Made by a program: the position numbers and the translations under genes
The notes under the pieces: generated by a model
Seen by the model: only the letters and a program-made list of their open reading frames with translations
What the model was told of the DNA's origin: nothing
Databases searched by the model: none
NCBI GenBank assembly: GCA_032117235.1
Contig: JAULZW010000003.1
Span: 2,798 to 66,797, forward strand
Reading direction: 5' to 3'
DNA: 64,000 bases
Source: Minisyncoccota bacterium
Lineage (GTDB): Bacteria; Patescibacteriota; Minisyncoccia; SW-4-49-11
Shown here: one piece after another, positions 1 through 9,867 of the stretch
Numbering within the stretch: position 1 is the first letter of the stretch
Layout: each line of letters begins with the position of its first letter

Positions 1-156
1 TTAACAGATAAATTCCCTATATAAAATAAGGATAACATACACATATTCTAATGTCTACGGTGGGTTTCATCTTGTAAATCTTTGACTAAATAATATAAAT
101 TGTATATTCTATACATAAAGTATGTGTAAAATTAATTTTAATATATCATAATTTAT

Positions 157-813
157 ATGTTTAATTTTTTTAAGATTAGTAAAGAACCTAAGGGACTGAT
201 TGCATTTTATTCTCTAGAGGATTTTTGGTTAAATGACTTTTCAGAAGAAGAACGAACATATATAGTAAAAACTTATCAACCGATGGAAGTGGGAGTGGGA
301 GTAGGTTTAGGATTAAAAAATCAACCTAAAAACAGCTTGGTAGAGGGAAACATTTCTTCTTCCTCAGAATCAGCTGCAACTTTTTTATCTAATATAGCAG
401 GTTGGTTTGATAACCCAAGAGATAGAGATATTGCTAGAAGATTAATTGATAAATCATTATCCTTGTTAGAAAAATCTAAAAACCTAGTTGATCTACATTA
501 TGCACTAACCTCAGCAATTACAATTTATTATAAAGATAGAGCTGATGAGTTAGTTATGGAAAAAATTATTGATCTTTGTTATAAACAAATTGAGATTTCA
601 AAAGAATTAATTCCTTACTTACGAAAAGAACTATATCTTACAAAAAACGAGTCCCTACCTATACATAAAGGATATGAGCAATTAGCTATAATCTTAAAAA
701 AGGAGGGTAAGTTTGAAGAAGTCATAAAAATTAGTAAAAAAGCTAAAAAAGAAGGTTGGGCTGGTGATTGGGATAAAAGAATTGAGTTTGCTCAGAAGAA
801 ATTAAAAAAGTAA
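157..813 (+). CDS. hypothetical protein (218 aa), K/E-rich, no recognisable motif
   Basis: Long ORF with typical local codon/AT bias; no family motif recognised by eye. Confidence 0.4.
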   Translation: MFNFFKISKEPKGLIAFYSLEDFWLNDFSEEERTYIVKTYQPMEVGVGVGLGLKNQPKNSLVEGNISSSSESAATFLSNIAGWFDNPRDRDIARRLIDKSLSLLEKSKNLVDLHYALTSAITIYYKDRADELVMEKIIDLCYKQIEISKELIPYLRKELYLTKNESLPIHKGYEQLAIILKKEGKFEEVIKISKKAKKEGWAGDWDKRIEFAQKKLKK

Positions 814-903
814 TACAATATTTTGAATTACAGTTTTGGCCATACCCCACAGAATATGGTATAATTGTTTTAAATTAAGAATAATTTTTGATAAGTAAAA
901 ATT

Positions 904-1770
904 ATGGCATTTGTAAAATATAATGAAGAAAGTGAATTTCCACTACCTAAAGAAGTAGTTTACTATGCAATATGTAAAGCTATTCCTACTATTAAAGGTA
1001 TGGAAATTAAAAATAGTGATAAGTTGCAAGGTAGAATAAGTGTGAGGGTATCTATTAGCTTATTTAGTTGGGGAGAATACATAACAATTCAATTAATTTC
1101 TATAAATGAAAAATTAACAAAGGTACAAATTAACTCTGCACCTAAGCATGGTATAGTTCTCGGTACTGCCTTAGATATGGAGAAAAATAGAAAAAATATT
1201 GAAGAAATTCTAAATAAAACCTCAAAAATTCTTTCATCTCAGACATCTATAGACTTACAGAATTACAACAAAGTTAGTAATCCAAATAATCATTCTAAAA
1301 CACAAAACTTTGATTTTATAGCAGATACCGTAAAAACTAAAAGACATTTTTATAAAAAATTATGGTTTATTATTTTATCAATAGTCGTTTTTTTAGTAAT
1401 ATTAACAAACTTTTCAAGAAACACTGGCAACCTGTCAGTAAATCAAACTAACCCAAATAAAGTTAAAGAATGGGCCATTGTTTATGAGTTTAATGGAAAT
1501 GGAATTAAAAAATCACCAGTATTCGAGTTGACTGGAAGTAATTCAAGATTAAAATACGAATATCAAAGTCCATCTGATAGTGTGGTTGGTACTTTTAATA
1601 TATATGTTGTTGATGAAGGAAAAGATATTATGAAAGAAGGTGCTTTTCCAGAAGTTATGACTTCAAAAAGTGTAAAAAGTGAAAGTTCAATTCAAAAAAC
1701 TGAAGGTAGATATTACTTAAATGTTAATGGAGTTGGTGATTGGAAAGTTATAGTAGAAGAAGAAAAATAA
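904..1770 (+). CDS. hypothetical protein with one central TM helix (288 aa)
   Basis: ORF; hydrophobic stretch WFIILSIVVFLVILTNF; no conserved motif recognised. Confidence 0.4.
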   Translation: MAFVKYNEESEFPLPKEVVYYAICKAIPTIKGMEIKNSDKLQGRISVRVSISLFSWGEYITIQLISINEKLTKVQINSAPKHGIVLGTALDMEKNRKNIEEILNKTSKILSSQTSIDLQNYNKVSNPNNHSKTQNFDFIADTVKTKRHFYKKLWFIILSIVVFLVILTNFSRNTGNLSVNQTNPNKVKEWAIVYEFNGNGIKKSPVFELTGSNSRLKYEYQSPSDSVVGTFNIYVVDEGKDIMKEGAFPEVMTSKSVKSESSIQKTEGRYYLNVNGVGDWKVIVEEEK

Positions 1771-1780
1771 AATCACCCTC

Positions 1781-2128
1781 CTACCCCCTCACCAGCAACC
1801 AAATATCTATGGCGGTGATGGTGAGGGTGGTGAGTATGGCGATGGCGACTATGCTAGAACCTATATCTTTAATCCTTTTGATTTGTATATTCCATTCTGG
1901 ATGTATAAAATCACAAATTAGTTCTATGGTAGTGTTGATGAGTTCTAGGATTATGACTAGGCTACCGAATAGTATGGTTTGTTTGATTAGATCCCAACTT
2001 TCTAGATATATTTCTAAGATTATTAGTAAGGCTATTATTATAAAGGTTTGTATAAATAAATTTCTATCTTTACTAAAGGCGTATTGTAGTCCTTCTAGCC
2101 AGAGTTTAGATTTTTGGAATAATTTCAT
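1781..2128 (-). CDS. dgkA: diacylglycerol/undecaprenol kinase family (DgkA-like) small membrane protein
   Basis: About 115 aa, 3 TM helices, ELINTTIE motif resembling the prokaryotic DgkA ELxNSAIE signature; the overlapping + strand ORF 1740..2153 is judged spurious. Confidence 0.55.
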   Translation of the reverse strand: MKLFQKSKLWLEGLQYAFSKDRNLFIQTFIIIALLIILEIYLESWDLIKQTILFGSLVIILELINTTIELICDFIHPEWNIQIKRIKDIGSSIVAIAILTTLTITAIDIWLLVRG

Positions 2129-2736
2129 AATATATCTTCTATTGCTTGCTTGAATTGGTGGTCTCGCCAGATGTCTTGATGTGGGTTGGGTAAATTGTAT
2201 AACGGGTAAAATTTAGCTTCTTGTCTTTGTGGTGGACATAGTCCGATTGGGATATATCTATTGAGTAATGTGGAGGTTATAAGGGCTGGATCCCACCAGC
2301 ACCAAAAGTTTATAAATTTTGCTTGGTTCGGTAAATTTGCCAAATCTAATTCTTCCCTACTGATATCTGCTTGGACGAATATGATTGTTTGGACTGATGG
2401 TGGTAATTTATAGTCTACTAAATAATTGACTAATAATCTAGCTCCTGAGGAATGAGCGATGATGGTTTTAGGCTTTTGGGACTCTAATTCTTGATATAAT
2501 CTTTGATGTTCTTTTGTGTCTTCTGTTTTGTATCTTTCTCTATAGTATAGTTGTATTTGGGCTATTAAATTATAGGGTGTGAGGAAGTTTCTCTGAACTG
2601 GTTCTGCCCAGATATATGGATAGGCTTGATTTTGAGTGATTTCATTGTCAAAGATATAGAATCCCCCGTTCTCGGGTATATCTGGCTCTTGTATGTCTAA
2701 GGCTTTACCATAGCCATGAATTAGAAAATATTGCAT
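2125..2736 (-). CDS. alpha/beta-hydrolase-like protein (putative esterase/lipase of unknown specificity)
   Basis: IIAHSSGARL nucleophile-elbow-like motif; size and hydrophobic pattern consistent with an a/b hydrolase fold; 4-nt overlap with the upstream gene suggests an operon. Confidence 0.4.
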   Translation of the reverse strand: MQYFLIHGYGKALDIQEPDIPENGGFYIFDNEITQNQAYPYIWAEPVQRNFLTPYNLIAQIQLYYRERYKTEDTKEHQRLYQELESQKPKTIIAHSSGARLLVNYLVDYKLPPSVQTIIFVQADISREELDLANLPNQAKFINFWCWWDPALITSTLLNRYIPIGLCPPQRQEAKFYPLYNLPNPHQDIWRDHQFKQAIEDIL

Positions 2737-2740
2737 AATT

Positions 2741-3058
2741 TCAAATTAACTCTAGTCCTGCTTTATTCCAATGCATAATCCCAACTTGGCTATTGATTAC
2801 CTTTAGTCCTTTTTGTTGCATAATAATTGAAGCCATCTGAGACCTACCTCCACTGCGACAATATACTATATATGTTTTGGAATGGTCTAAATTGACAATT
2901 TCTTGCATTATATTGGAGTGGCTAATGTCAAAATTAATAGCCCCCACTATATGCCCTTGCTGATATTCGGCTTCTGTCCTGACATCTAGTAAGACTTCAT
3001 CTAGTTTTAGATTATTGACTCTTTTTTGGAGTTCTTCGGTAGTTTGGATTGTTTGCAT
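2741..3058 (-). CDS. single-domain rhodanese-like sulfurtransferase
   Basis: 105 aa; active-site loop CRSGGRS (Cys-X-X-G-X-R) typical of rhodanese domains. Confidence 0.7.
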   Translation of the reverse strand: MQTIQTTEELQKRVNNLKLDEVLLDVRTEAEYQQGHIVGAINFDISHSNIMQEIVNLDHSKTYIVYCRSGGRSQMASIIMQQKGLKVINSQVGIMHWNKAGLELI

Positions 3059-3219
3059 AATCTATATTTAACTATTTATAGTATATTATAGATAGGAGAT
3101 TGTTTCAAATAAACTTACTATTATACCGCTTAAATATTGACTTATCTTGATTTTCTTGCTACTGTGCTAATAGGTATCCTTATCTGGGTACTGTCCTTTC
3201 ACAATCATCAGAGGCTATT

Positions 3220-4410
3220 ATGTCTTCCAGATTCAAAGTTGAACAATTTCTGGATCGAGCTGGAGTTGATAAAGGTATTTTTACTGCTCAGCCTAGCTTC
3301 TATAGTGGTTTTAATAACCTGTTTACACTAGGTTGGGGCAATAGATATATCAAAGGAGATTTTGAGATTGACGATGAAGCTTTAATTCATATGTTTACAA
3401 AAGTATTCCGAGCTTTTAGCTCTTGTATACAGGGTGATGACTATGCTGGGTTCAAAACTTTGAGATTCCATAAGCTGTATCAGCTGATGAATGCCACCCA
3501 GATTATAAATTGGCAACGCATCAGAGCTAAGTACTTTGCTGATATTCACTATGAATTGCCCCATCAACTTTATGTGGCGATGCTTGGTGAGTCTAGAGCT
3601 TATAGCTCTGGCTACTGGCCAGAAGGGGTTAAAACTCTAGATGAAGCCCAAAATGCCAAGTTTGACTTAATTGTCAGAAAACTTGGTCTCAAAGCAGGAG
3701 ATACCGTGCTGGACTTTGGGTGTGGCGCAGGATCACTAGGCAGATATGCTGGAGCTCTTGGTATTAAGGTCGTTGGCCTTAATATCTGCAAAGAGCAACT
3801 AGATTATGCTCGTAAGCATAATAATCAGGAAGTTCCAGCAATATATCTGGACTTCAATCTCGTGACCCAGAGTGTTGCCGAGCTCAGAGATATTCTCAAG
3901 CCATACAGGATTACAGAGTTTAATGCCGTGACATTTATCGGCTCGATTGAGCATGTAGGCTGGAAAAACTATGAAACATTGTTCAGGAAACTGAATGCTT
4001 TGCTTAAACCAGAAGGTAAAATTCTCTGCCACACGATTGGCTCATATCAGCCACTACCTGTGGCTGACCCGTACATAATGACCAAGATATTTCCCGATTC
4101 TCAGCTTGCTGTTCCCAGTATAATGACTAGCGAAACTGAGAAGGCTGGATTCCAGCTGACGGACTTTCATAACCTAGAGACAGATATTCACTCCTATGCC
4201 AAGACACTTAGATGCTGGCTTCACAACTTCCAAACCAACTGGGATAGTATTGAGCCCTTTATGCCTTACAAAGATAAGGAAGCATTTTACAGGGAATGGG
4301 TGTTCTACCTAACTCTCTGTATTGGAGCCTTCGAGTCGGACTTTGTCAATGTGGGACACTATATGTTCCGCAAAATTGGCAATAATAGCCCCTTTACTGT
4401 GGTTAGGTAA
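3220..4410 (+). CDS. cyclopropane-fatty-acyl-phospholipid synthase family SAM-dependent methyltransferase
   Basis: LDEAQNAKFDLIVRKLGLKAGDTVLDFGCGAGSLGRYAGALGIKVVGLNICKEQLDYA closely matches the CFA-synthase/mycolic acid MTase motif I region; GC content is noticeably higher than the neighbours. Confidence 0.7.
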   Translation: MSSRFKVEQFLDRAGVDKGIFTAQPSFYSGFNNLFTLGWGNRYIKGDFEIDDEALIHMFTKVFRAFSSCIQGDDYAGFKTLRFHKLYQLMNATQIINWQRIRAKYFADIHYELPHQLYVAMLGESRAYSSGYWPEGVKTLDEAQNAKFDLIVRKLGLKAGDTVLDFGCGAGSLGRYAGALGIKVVGLNICKEQLDYARKHNNQEVPAIYLDFNLVTQSVAELRDILKPYRITEFNAVTFIGSIEHVGWKNYETLFRKLNALLKPEGKILCHTIGSYQPLPVADPYIMTKIFPDSQLAVPSIMTSETEKAGFQLTDFHNLETDIHSYAKTLRCWLHNFQTNWDSIEPFMPYKDKEAFYREWVFYLTLCIGAFESDFVNVGHYMFRKIGNNSPFTVVR

Positions 4411-4556
4411 CTCTCCCACAATTTACACTATACCCCCAATCTTATGGGGGTTTTTATTTTTTACATTATCTGTTATATAATACTAATAATATATTGTTAT
4501 TTTACTTATAATATATTATGATAAAGCGGTCGTGAAAATAATAATATACTAAATAT

Positions 4557-4916
4557 ATGAAAAATTTGGGTATAGAGATTGTTGGAGATTTAAAAGGTAT
4601 TGATAATATTTTTTTGGTTCATTTGAAAACTGAGAAATTAAAGATACAAATTTCTGGTTTGATTAAAAAATATGGCTTTCATGAGCTTGGAAGTTATTAT
4701 CATTCTTTTGAGCCTGGTATTACTGGAGCGGTGGTATTGGCTGAATCCCATATTGCTTTTCATACTTGGCCGGAATTTGGATATGTAAGTTTGAATGTTT
4801 TTACTTGTAATTATACGAAAGATAATGATGACAATGCTAAAGCTTTATTTGATGAAATTGCCCATATATTCCAAGCTACTAAAATAGACAAACAAATTGT
4901 AATGAGAAATCATTAG
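4557..4916 (+). CDS. speH: S-adenosylmethionine decarboxylase proenzyme, small (class 1b, SpeH/SpeD-type)
   Basis: 119 aa; AESHIAFHTWPE matches the pyruvoyl self-processing site (E-S cleavage) of SpeH. Confidence 0.8.
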   Translation: MKNLGIEIVGDLKGIDNIFLVHLKTEKLKIQISGLIKKYGFHELGSYYHSFEPGITGAVVLAESHIAFHTWPEFGYVSLNVFTCNYTKDNDDNAKALFDEIAHIFQATKIDKQIVMRNH

Positions 4917-4925
4917 AAAGAAAAA

Positions 4926-5014
4926 GCCCCCGGTAAATGCGGAGACTGGGTTGAAAAATAAATTACTCACTTAAACTACGGGGGGGCTCCCTTGGATGGA
5001 GTACTCCATCCAAC
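4926..5014. repeat. GC-rich inverted-repeat element (gcccccgg ... ctacgggggggctccc) followed by a 22-bp perfect palindrome ttggatggagtactccatccaa (4993-5014)
   Basis: Seen directly; the core CTACGGGGG resembles the repeat family at 24.2, 25.0, 28.1, 28.2, 29.1 and 52.4-52.6 kb; likely also the speH terminator region. Confidence 0.5.
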
Positions 5015-5190
5015 AGTAGGATCTATACCTAACACCCCATAAACTGTACTCCCCGAGATGATGAGTACAAGAATCCAGATGAGGCTGGATTTTAGAAGTT
5101 TCATATGAATAGAATGAACCATACAATATTACATATATCAAAAACTACCTATTTTGTCAATATGTGACAAAATCGCTTTACGATTAATGC

Positions 5191-6015
5191 TTGCAGATGA
5201 GTAGCAAAAAGTCTATACTAATACTACTTTATATGAATATATTATCCCCTTTTCGCTATATTAAATGTTTATTTTACCCCCGTATAAGCCCATTGATTAC
5301 GGTACATATTGATGAGGCGGCTTTATTACATAATTTGAGAGAATATAGACAAGCCTATCCTGATATACAGTTTGCCCTGTACTCAAAAGCAATGCTTATG
5401 GGCATGGACTTATTCCTATTGCCCGCATATTGGACTCCCCTAAGATCCCCTTCCTTATTGTGGACTCTTATTATGAGGCTTTAACCCTGCGGCAAAATGC
5501 TATCAAATCCCCTATTCTCATTATTGGGTATATTCTGCCTGAAATTATCAAATAATCTCGCTCGATTAGGTTTGGGATTATATGGTATTAGTATGATTGA
5601 AAATAATAAACTCTCACTGAAACCCGCTCTCACACTTACTTCTATCATTAGTGGGATAAAAGTTGTCAAAAAAGGTGATACGGTCGGATATAATAATACT
5701 TTTATTGCTAAAAATGATAGGTTAATCGCAACTATTCCCGCCGGCTATGCTGAGGGAGTAGATCGTAGATTATCTAATACCGGACAGGTGGAGATAGCAG
5801 GAATATTATGCCCCATTATTGGGCGCATTAGTATGAATATTACTACTATTGATATTACTCATATGCCGAATATTCAAATTGGAGATATCGTGACTCTTAT
5901 CAGCAATGACAATTCCTCCCCTATTTCTGCTGCTAATATTGCCAAAACCTGCCAGACTATTCCCTATGAAATTCTAATTCATATTCCCTCCCATCTCAGG
6001 CGAGTGATTAAATAA
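5191..6015 (+). pseudogene. alr: alanine racemase pseudogene (frameshifted and internally deleted)
   Basis: Three frames each carry Alr segments. Frame A has the N-terminus (VHIDEAALLHNLREYRQ). Frame B has VLKSNAYGHGLIPIARILDSPKIPFLIVDSY, the PLP-lysine motif (VVKANAYGHG). Frame C has ARLGLGLYGIS ... IPAGYAEGVDRRLSN ... SMNITTIDIT, the C-terminal domain. The total is about 270 codons against about 360 expected, implying at least two frameshifts plus a deletion. Confidence 0.65.
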
Positions 6016-6025
6016 TATTCGTAGA

Positions 6026-6406
6026 TTATTTGGATAGATTAAGATCTAATTCTTTTAGCATCAATGGGTTTAGTAGAGATTCTTTAATACATTTTGCAAT
6101 GAATTCCCTTAATAAATTAGCTCCTCTGTTGTTGAGACTATATATTTTCCAATTTGGTCCTGAGGGGTTATGTTTGTCCTCATAAGTGACGAGACCAGAT
6201 TCATATAATTTTCTCAAAGCTCTATATAAGCTCATTCTGTCTATTTGAAAATTATTTTGACTGTAACTCGCCATAAATTCTTCTATCTCCTCTACTTTGC
6301 GGGGATTGGATTTTAGGCTAAATAATATCCAAAAGGTTGACATACTTTTCATAAATACTTGCTTCCAACCATTAAATAATTGCTGTTCTTGCTGTGACAA
6401 TTCCAT
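6026..6406 (-). CDS. PadR-family transcriptional regulator
   Basis: 126 aa; winged-helix segment SLYRALRKLYESGLVTYE matches the PadR LYPxLxRLEexGli signature. Confidence 0.7.
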   Translation of the reverse strand: MELSQQEQQLFNGWKQVFMKSMSTFWILFSLKSNPRKVEEIEEFMASYSQNNFQIDRMSLYRALRKLYESGLVTYEDKHNPSGPNWKIYSLNNRGANLLREFIAKCIKESLLNPLMLKELDLNLSK

Positions 6407-6418
6407 ATTATAGCTAAT

Positions 6419-7312
6419 TTACTTAAAAAATACTTCTGATTTTTTTGCACTTAGAGCTCTTTCTAAGAAAACTTTTTGAAACTCTGCTGGATTATTACCA
6501 TTCTTATACCAAACATATAATGATGTAGAAATTATAATATATGATAAAACTCTGTAAAATAATATAATTATAATTGACATTATAAATGATATAATAGCAA
6601 AGAGTAAATATACATCCCATAATTTAGTAGCCCAGCTTGTAACTCCACTCTCAATAATTACATTCAAATTTAATCCAGCATATATTGAAAACCCTCCTAT
6701 GAATAGAGCACAGAAAATTACTAACACCAATCCAAATACTATAAAAAAATCTTGATACAATTGAGATATAGCAGCATAACCACCTACTTTACCAAAAATA
6801 TCTTTATTTTCTTGTAAAGTTTGCTTGATAGACTTATTGGGATTATCTAAAATTGCAGATGGTATCAAAGAGGTTATGGCTGGTACCACAATTCCATAAA
6901 TACCACTAAATAATCCCGGTAAAATAGACCCGATTGTACCAATACCAAAACTAAATCCAGTATAGGCTAACACTTTTGAGAATGAAATCCCACCTTTTAC
7001 TTGATAATTCCAGTATTGTAGCAAAATTTTAGTAATTACAAATTCAAAATAAGTACTTACAATAGCACCCCAAATAATGGATATAATCAAAGCGATAATA
7101 GTAATGATGGAAAAACTTCCATTCCAATTACCAGCAAAAAATGCATCTATATCTGCACTAGAATATTGAGAAATTATCCAACCCCATAAAGCTATGATTG
7201 GGACTAACATCAGGGTAAAGAAAAATATTGCTTGTAGTATAATACGAGGATTGTCCTTGATGGTGCGCAAAGTAGCTTTACTAATCAGACGAACTTTGGT
7301 GAAGTTGTTCAT
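6419..7312 (-). CDS. polytopic membrane protein, unknown function, immediately upstream of the PadR gene (probable operon)
   Basis: 297 aa, about 6 predicted TM helices; 12-nt gap to the PadR gene. Confidence 0.45.
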   Translation of the reverse strand: MNNFTKVRLISKATLRTIKDNPRIILQAIFFFTLMLVPIIALWGWIISQYSSADIDAFFAGNWNGSFSIITIIALIISIIWGAIVSTYFEFVITKILLQYWNYQVKGGISFSKVLAYTGFSFGIGTIGSILPGLFSGIYGIVVPAITSLIPSAILDNPNKSIKQTLQENKDIFGKVGGYAAISQLYQDFFIVFGLVLVIFCALFIGGFSIYAGLNLNVIIESGVTSWATKLWDVYLLFAIISFIMSIIIILFYRVLSYIIISTSLYVWYKNGNNPAEFQKVFLERALSAKKSEVFFK

Positions 7313-7563
7313 AATAGATAAACTTAATTATTATACATATAGTATAATACATTTAGTACACTTTGTCAAGAGGTTGGTAGAAGGGTTGAGTTGAGAGTAA
7401 ATTTATGGTAATTTATACAGTAATATAATTACGATTTTCATACAGAATTTAAACTATTTTATAAAAACCCTAGCCAATGACGGGACTTTTACTTTAAATT
7501 AGACAATAGTTGATTATATATGATATATTATTTATATGTGAAATTAATAGATAATTAAATTTT

Positions 7564-8418
7564 ATGGATACAAATAAAAAAACCTCTAAGTCCAATAATT
7601 TACCTGTTGTTATGGTTTTGATTATAATTCCTATTTTGTTTGTTTTTGGGACAATGATTGTAATAGCGATGGTAATGACTAGTAATAGACCTGATATCAA
7701 ATTAACTTTATCTGAGCCGACTGGGATTACAGATAATTCTACTACCTTTAGTGTAGATATTGAGGGGGACAAAGATAAAATTCAAAAAAAAGGTTTTGTA
7801 TATAGCACATCTAGTAATCCTGAGCTTAAATCTAAAAATAATAATTCCAGTCCGTTTTATAATTTATTTAATGGCTATTATAATTACTCGGAGTTTACAG
7901 GAACTTATGTAGAGATATCTGAAGACAAAAATAATTCCACAGCTACTAATTTAATCCCTGAAACCAAATATTATGTAAGAGCTTATGCAATTACTGGGTC
8001 AGGAATTAATTACAGCAATGAATTGTCTTTTACAACTAAACAAAGAGTGTCTTCGGCAAATGATGACATAAGAAGAAGTGATGTTAACTTTATTTTGAAC
8101 GGATTAATAGATTTGAGGAGACAGAGACCAGATATTTTTAATAGTATAAATGGATTAACTAAAAACATAAGAACTAGTGGATTTGGAGATTGTTCTTCAT
8201 CTACCATCAGAGATTCTGACTCTGTATTATATTTTGAGCTAGTGAAATATATTGGGGCAGAGAAAATAGGATATTATATGCCAGAAGATCCTAATTCTAA
8301 GTCGTTAGGATGTTCAGATTATAGTATAACTGTAAGCTCTAACAATATTATTATAACCGCTCCTAATGCAGAGTTTGGACCTATATCTGCATCATCTAAT
8401 GAAAGAAATGAAAGATAA
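7564..8418 (+). CDS. membrane-anchored extracellular protein with an FN3-like beta-sandwich segment
   Basis: N-terminal TM helix; TKYYVRAYAITGSGINYSNELSFTT is typical of fibronectin-III-like repeats; N/S-rich. Confidence 0.4.
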   Translation: MDTNKKTSKSNNLPVVMVLIIIPILFVFGTMIVIAMVMTSNRPDIKLTLSEPTGITDNSTTFSVDIEGDKDKIQKKGFVYSTSSNPELKSKNNNSSPFYNLFNGYYNYSEFTGTYVEISEDKNNSTATNLIPETKYYVRAYAITGSGINYSNELSFTTKQRVSSANDDIRRSDVNFILNGLIDLRRQRPDIFNSINGLTKNIRTSGFGDCSSSTIRDSDSVLYFELVKYIGAEKIGYYMPEDPNSKSLGCSDYSITVSSNNIIITAPNAEFGPISASSNERNER

Positions 8419-8501
8419 GAAATAATTACTCATATTGACAAATAAATAAATAATACCTATACTTAAACAAGACCTGATTATAAAAAATTAATATTAAACT
8501 T

Positions 8502-9044
8502 ATGTTTGAAGAATTTAGTCCAAGATTTGAATCAGCTTTCCGTACATTTTTAATGCTATGGGTTGTGGGTTGGGCGATTATAAATGGATTTACAACACTT
8601 GCTAGTTACGCTCAGTTCAGTATATCTAGCTATTCCAATGATGCACAATTGTTGGAGTGGTGGTTCAGAATTATAGTCTCTATTATAGCTTTAACTCTAG
8701 GTATAATTTTACTATTCTGGTCATCTAATGTTCCTAATAGAATTAAAAAGCTAAGACCTATTACTAATATTTCTTTATTTGTTGGTTTGACAATAGTTTA
8801 TTATCTATTCCCTACAGTTTCTAATATCTTGGTTGATCTCTCTTTTAATACCGAAGGAGCTTCTGCCTTAAAATTATTTATATTTCAGACAGCTTGGTTA
8901 TTCCCTAGTATAATTGTATTGGTGTTTCATATGTTATATTATATGAATATTAAAAAATACAACGAAATGTTAGAGGAGTCTCAAAATCAGCCACAAAACC
9001 CAAGTCCAGTTCAAAATCAACAAAATTTCACAATAGAACAATAG
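8502..9044 (+). CDS. hypothetical membrane protein (4 TM)
   Basis: Hydrophobicity pattern only. Confidence 0.4.
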   Translation: MFEEFSPRFESAFRTFLMLWVVGWAIINGFTTLASYAQFSISSYSNDAQLLEWWFRIIVSIIALTLGIILLFWSSNVPNRIKKLRPITNISLFVGLTIVYYLFPTVSNILVDLSFNTEGASALKLFIFQTAWLFPSIIVLVFHMLYYMNIKKYNEMLEESQNQPQNPSPVQNQQNFTIEQ

Positions 9045-9064
9045 AAGAATATATTAAAATAAAT

Positions 9065-9865
9065 ATGAATAACTCAAACTCTAGTAAATTAAAGATAATA
9101 CTAGCTGTTCCTATAACTTTAATTGTACTATGGCTACTTGCCTCTCTATACTTGACTAGCCAATCTACTGCTTTAATTTTCGACAATAAGGTTAGTTGGG
9201 CTCCAATTCCTAATTTTGGATACAGGCTAGAGTTTTTGAGAGATTCTAAGAATAGGGCTATATCTGTTTGGACATTTGACAATACCCAGTCCAATAAAGT
9301 TATACTCTATTTACATGGAAACTCTGGTAGAATTAATGACTTTTTTATTGACTTGAAAAAATATGGGACAGTAGTATCTCCTGCCTATCCTGGTTACCAT
9401 GAGTCAGAGGGGTCTCCTGATACAAAGGGTGTATATGAAGCTGCTTTGTTAGCCTATGATAACTTAGTAAAGACTAAGGGTGTTGATCCTAAAAATATAG
9501 TGATTATGGGACATTCTATGGGAGGGTCTCCTGCTGTATATGTAGCTAGCCAAAGACCAGAAGCCAAAAAATTAATACTGATCAACACCTTTAGTAGTAT
9601 TAAAAGTATGTGTGAGAGACAGTATTCTATACTTTGTGGATTTACTGGAGATATTCTTCCTACTACAACTTATGCTCCTAAAGTTACTATTCCTGTAAGA
9701 CAATTTGTGTATAAAGGAGACCTTAGTGTGCCCCCAGCAGAAGGTAAAAAATTATTTGAAAACTTTACATCAAGTACTGATAAATTTATTTTAGAGTTAG
9801 ATAAATACACTCACACTTATCCTGACTTAAATGAAGTATTAGCACAAGCTGGAGAAGCTAATTAA
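9065..9865 (+). CDS. membrane-anchored alpha/beta hydrolase (serine hydrolase)
   Basis: N-terminal TM helix; oxyanion HGNSG and nucleophile elbow GHSMGG. Confidence 0.65.
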   Translation: MNNSNSSKLKIILAVPITLIVLWLLASLYLTSQSTALIFDNKVSWAPIPNFGYRLEFLRDSKNRAISVWTFDNTQSNKVILYLHGNSGRINDFFIDLKKYGTVVSPAYPGYHESEGSPDTKGVYEAALLAYDNLVKTKGVDPKNIVIMGHSMGGSPAVYVASQRPEAKKLILINTFSSIKSMCERQYSILCGFTGDILPTTTYAPKVTIPVRQFVYKGDLSVPPAEGKKLFENFTSSTDKFILELDKYTHTYPDLNEVLAQAGEAN

Positions 9866-9867
9866 AC

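Noticed and set aside
1774-1835. C-rich/G-rich inverted structure at the 3' end of the DgkA-like gene as another repeat-element copy
   Set aside because: Most of it is ordinary coding sequence for the DgkA C-terminus (TTLTIT...LLVRG); only the terminal gggggtag resembles the repeat core, so it is not counted as a copy
1740-2153. 137-aa + strand ORF overlapping the DgkA-like gene
   Set aside because: Antisense to a gene with a recognisable family motif; low-complexity translation from a G-rich stretch; judged spurious
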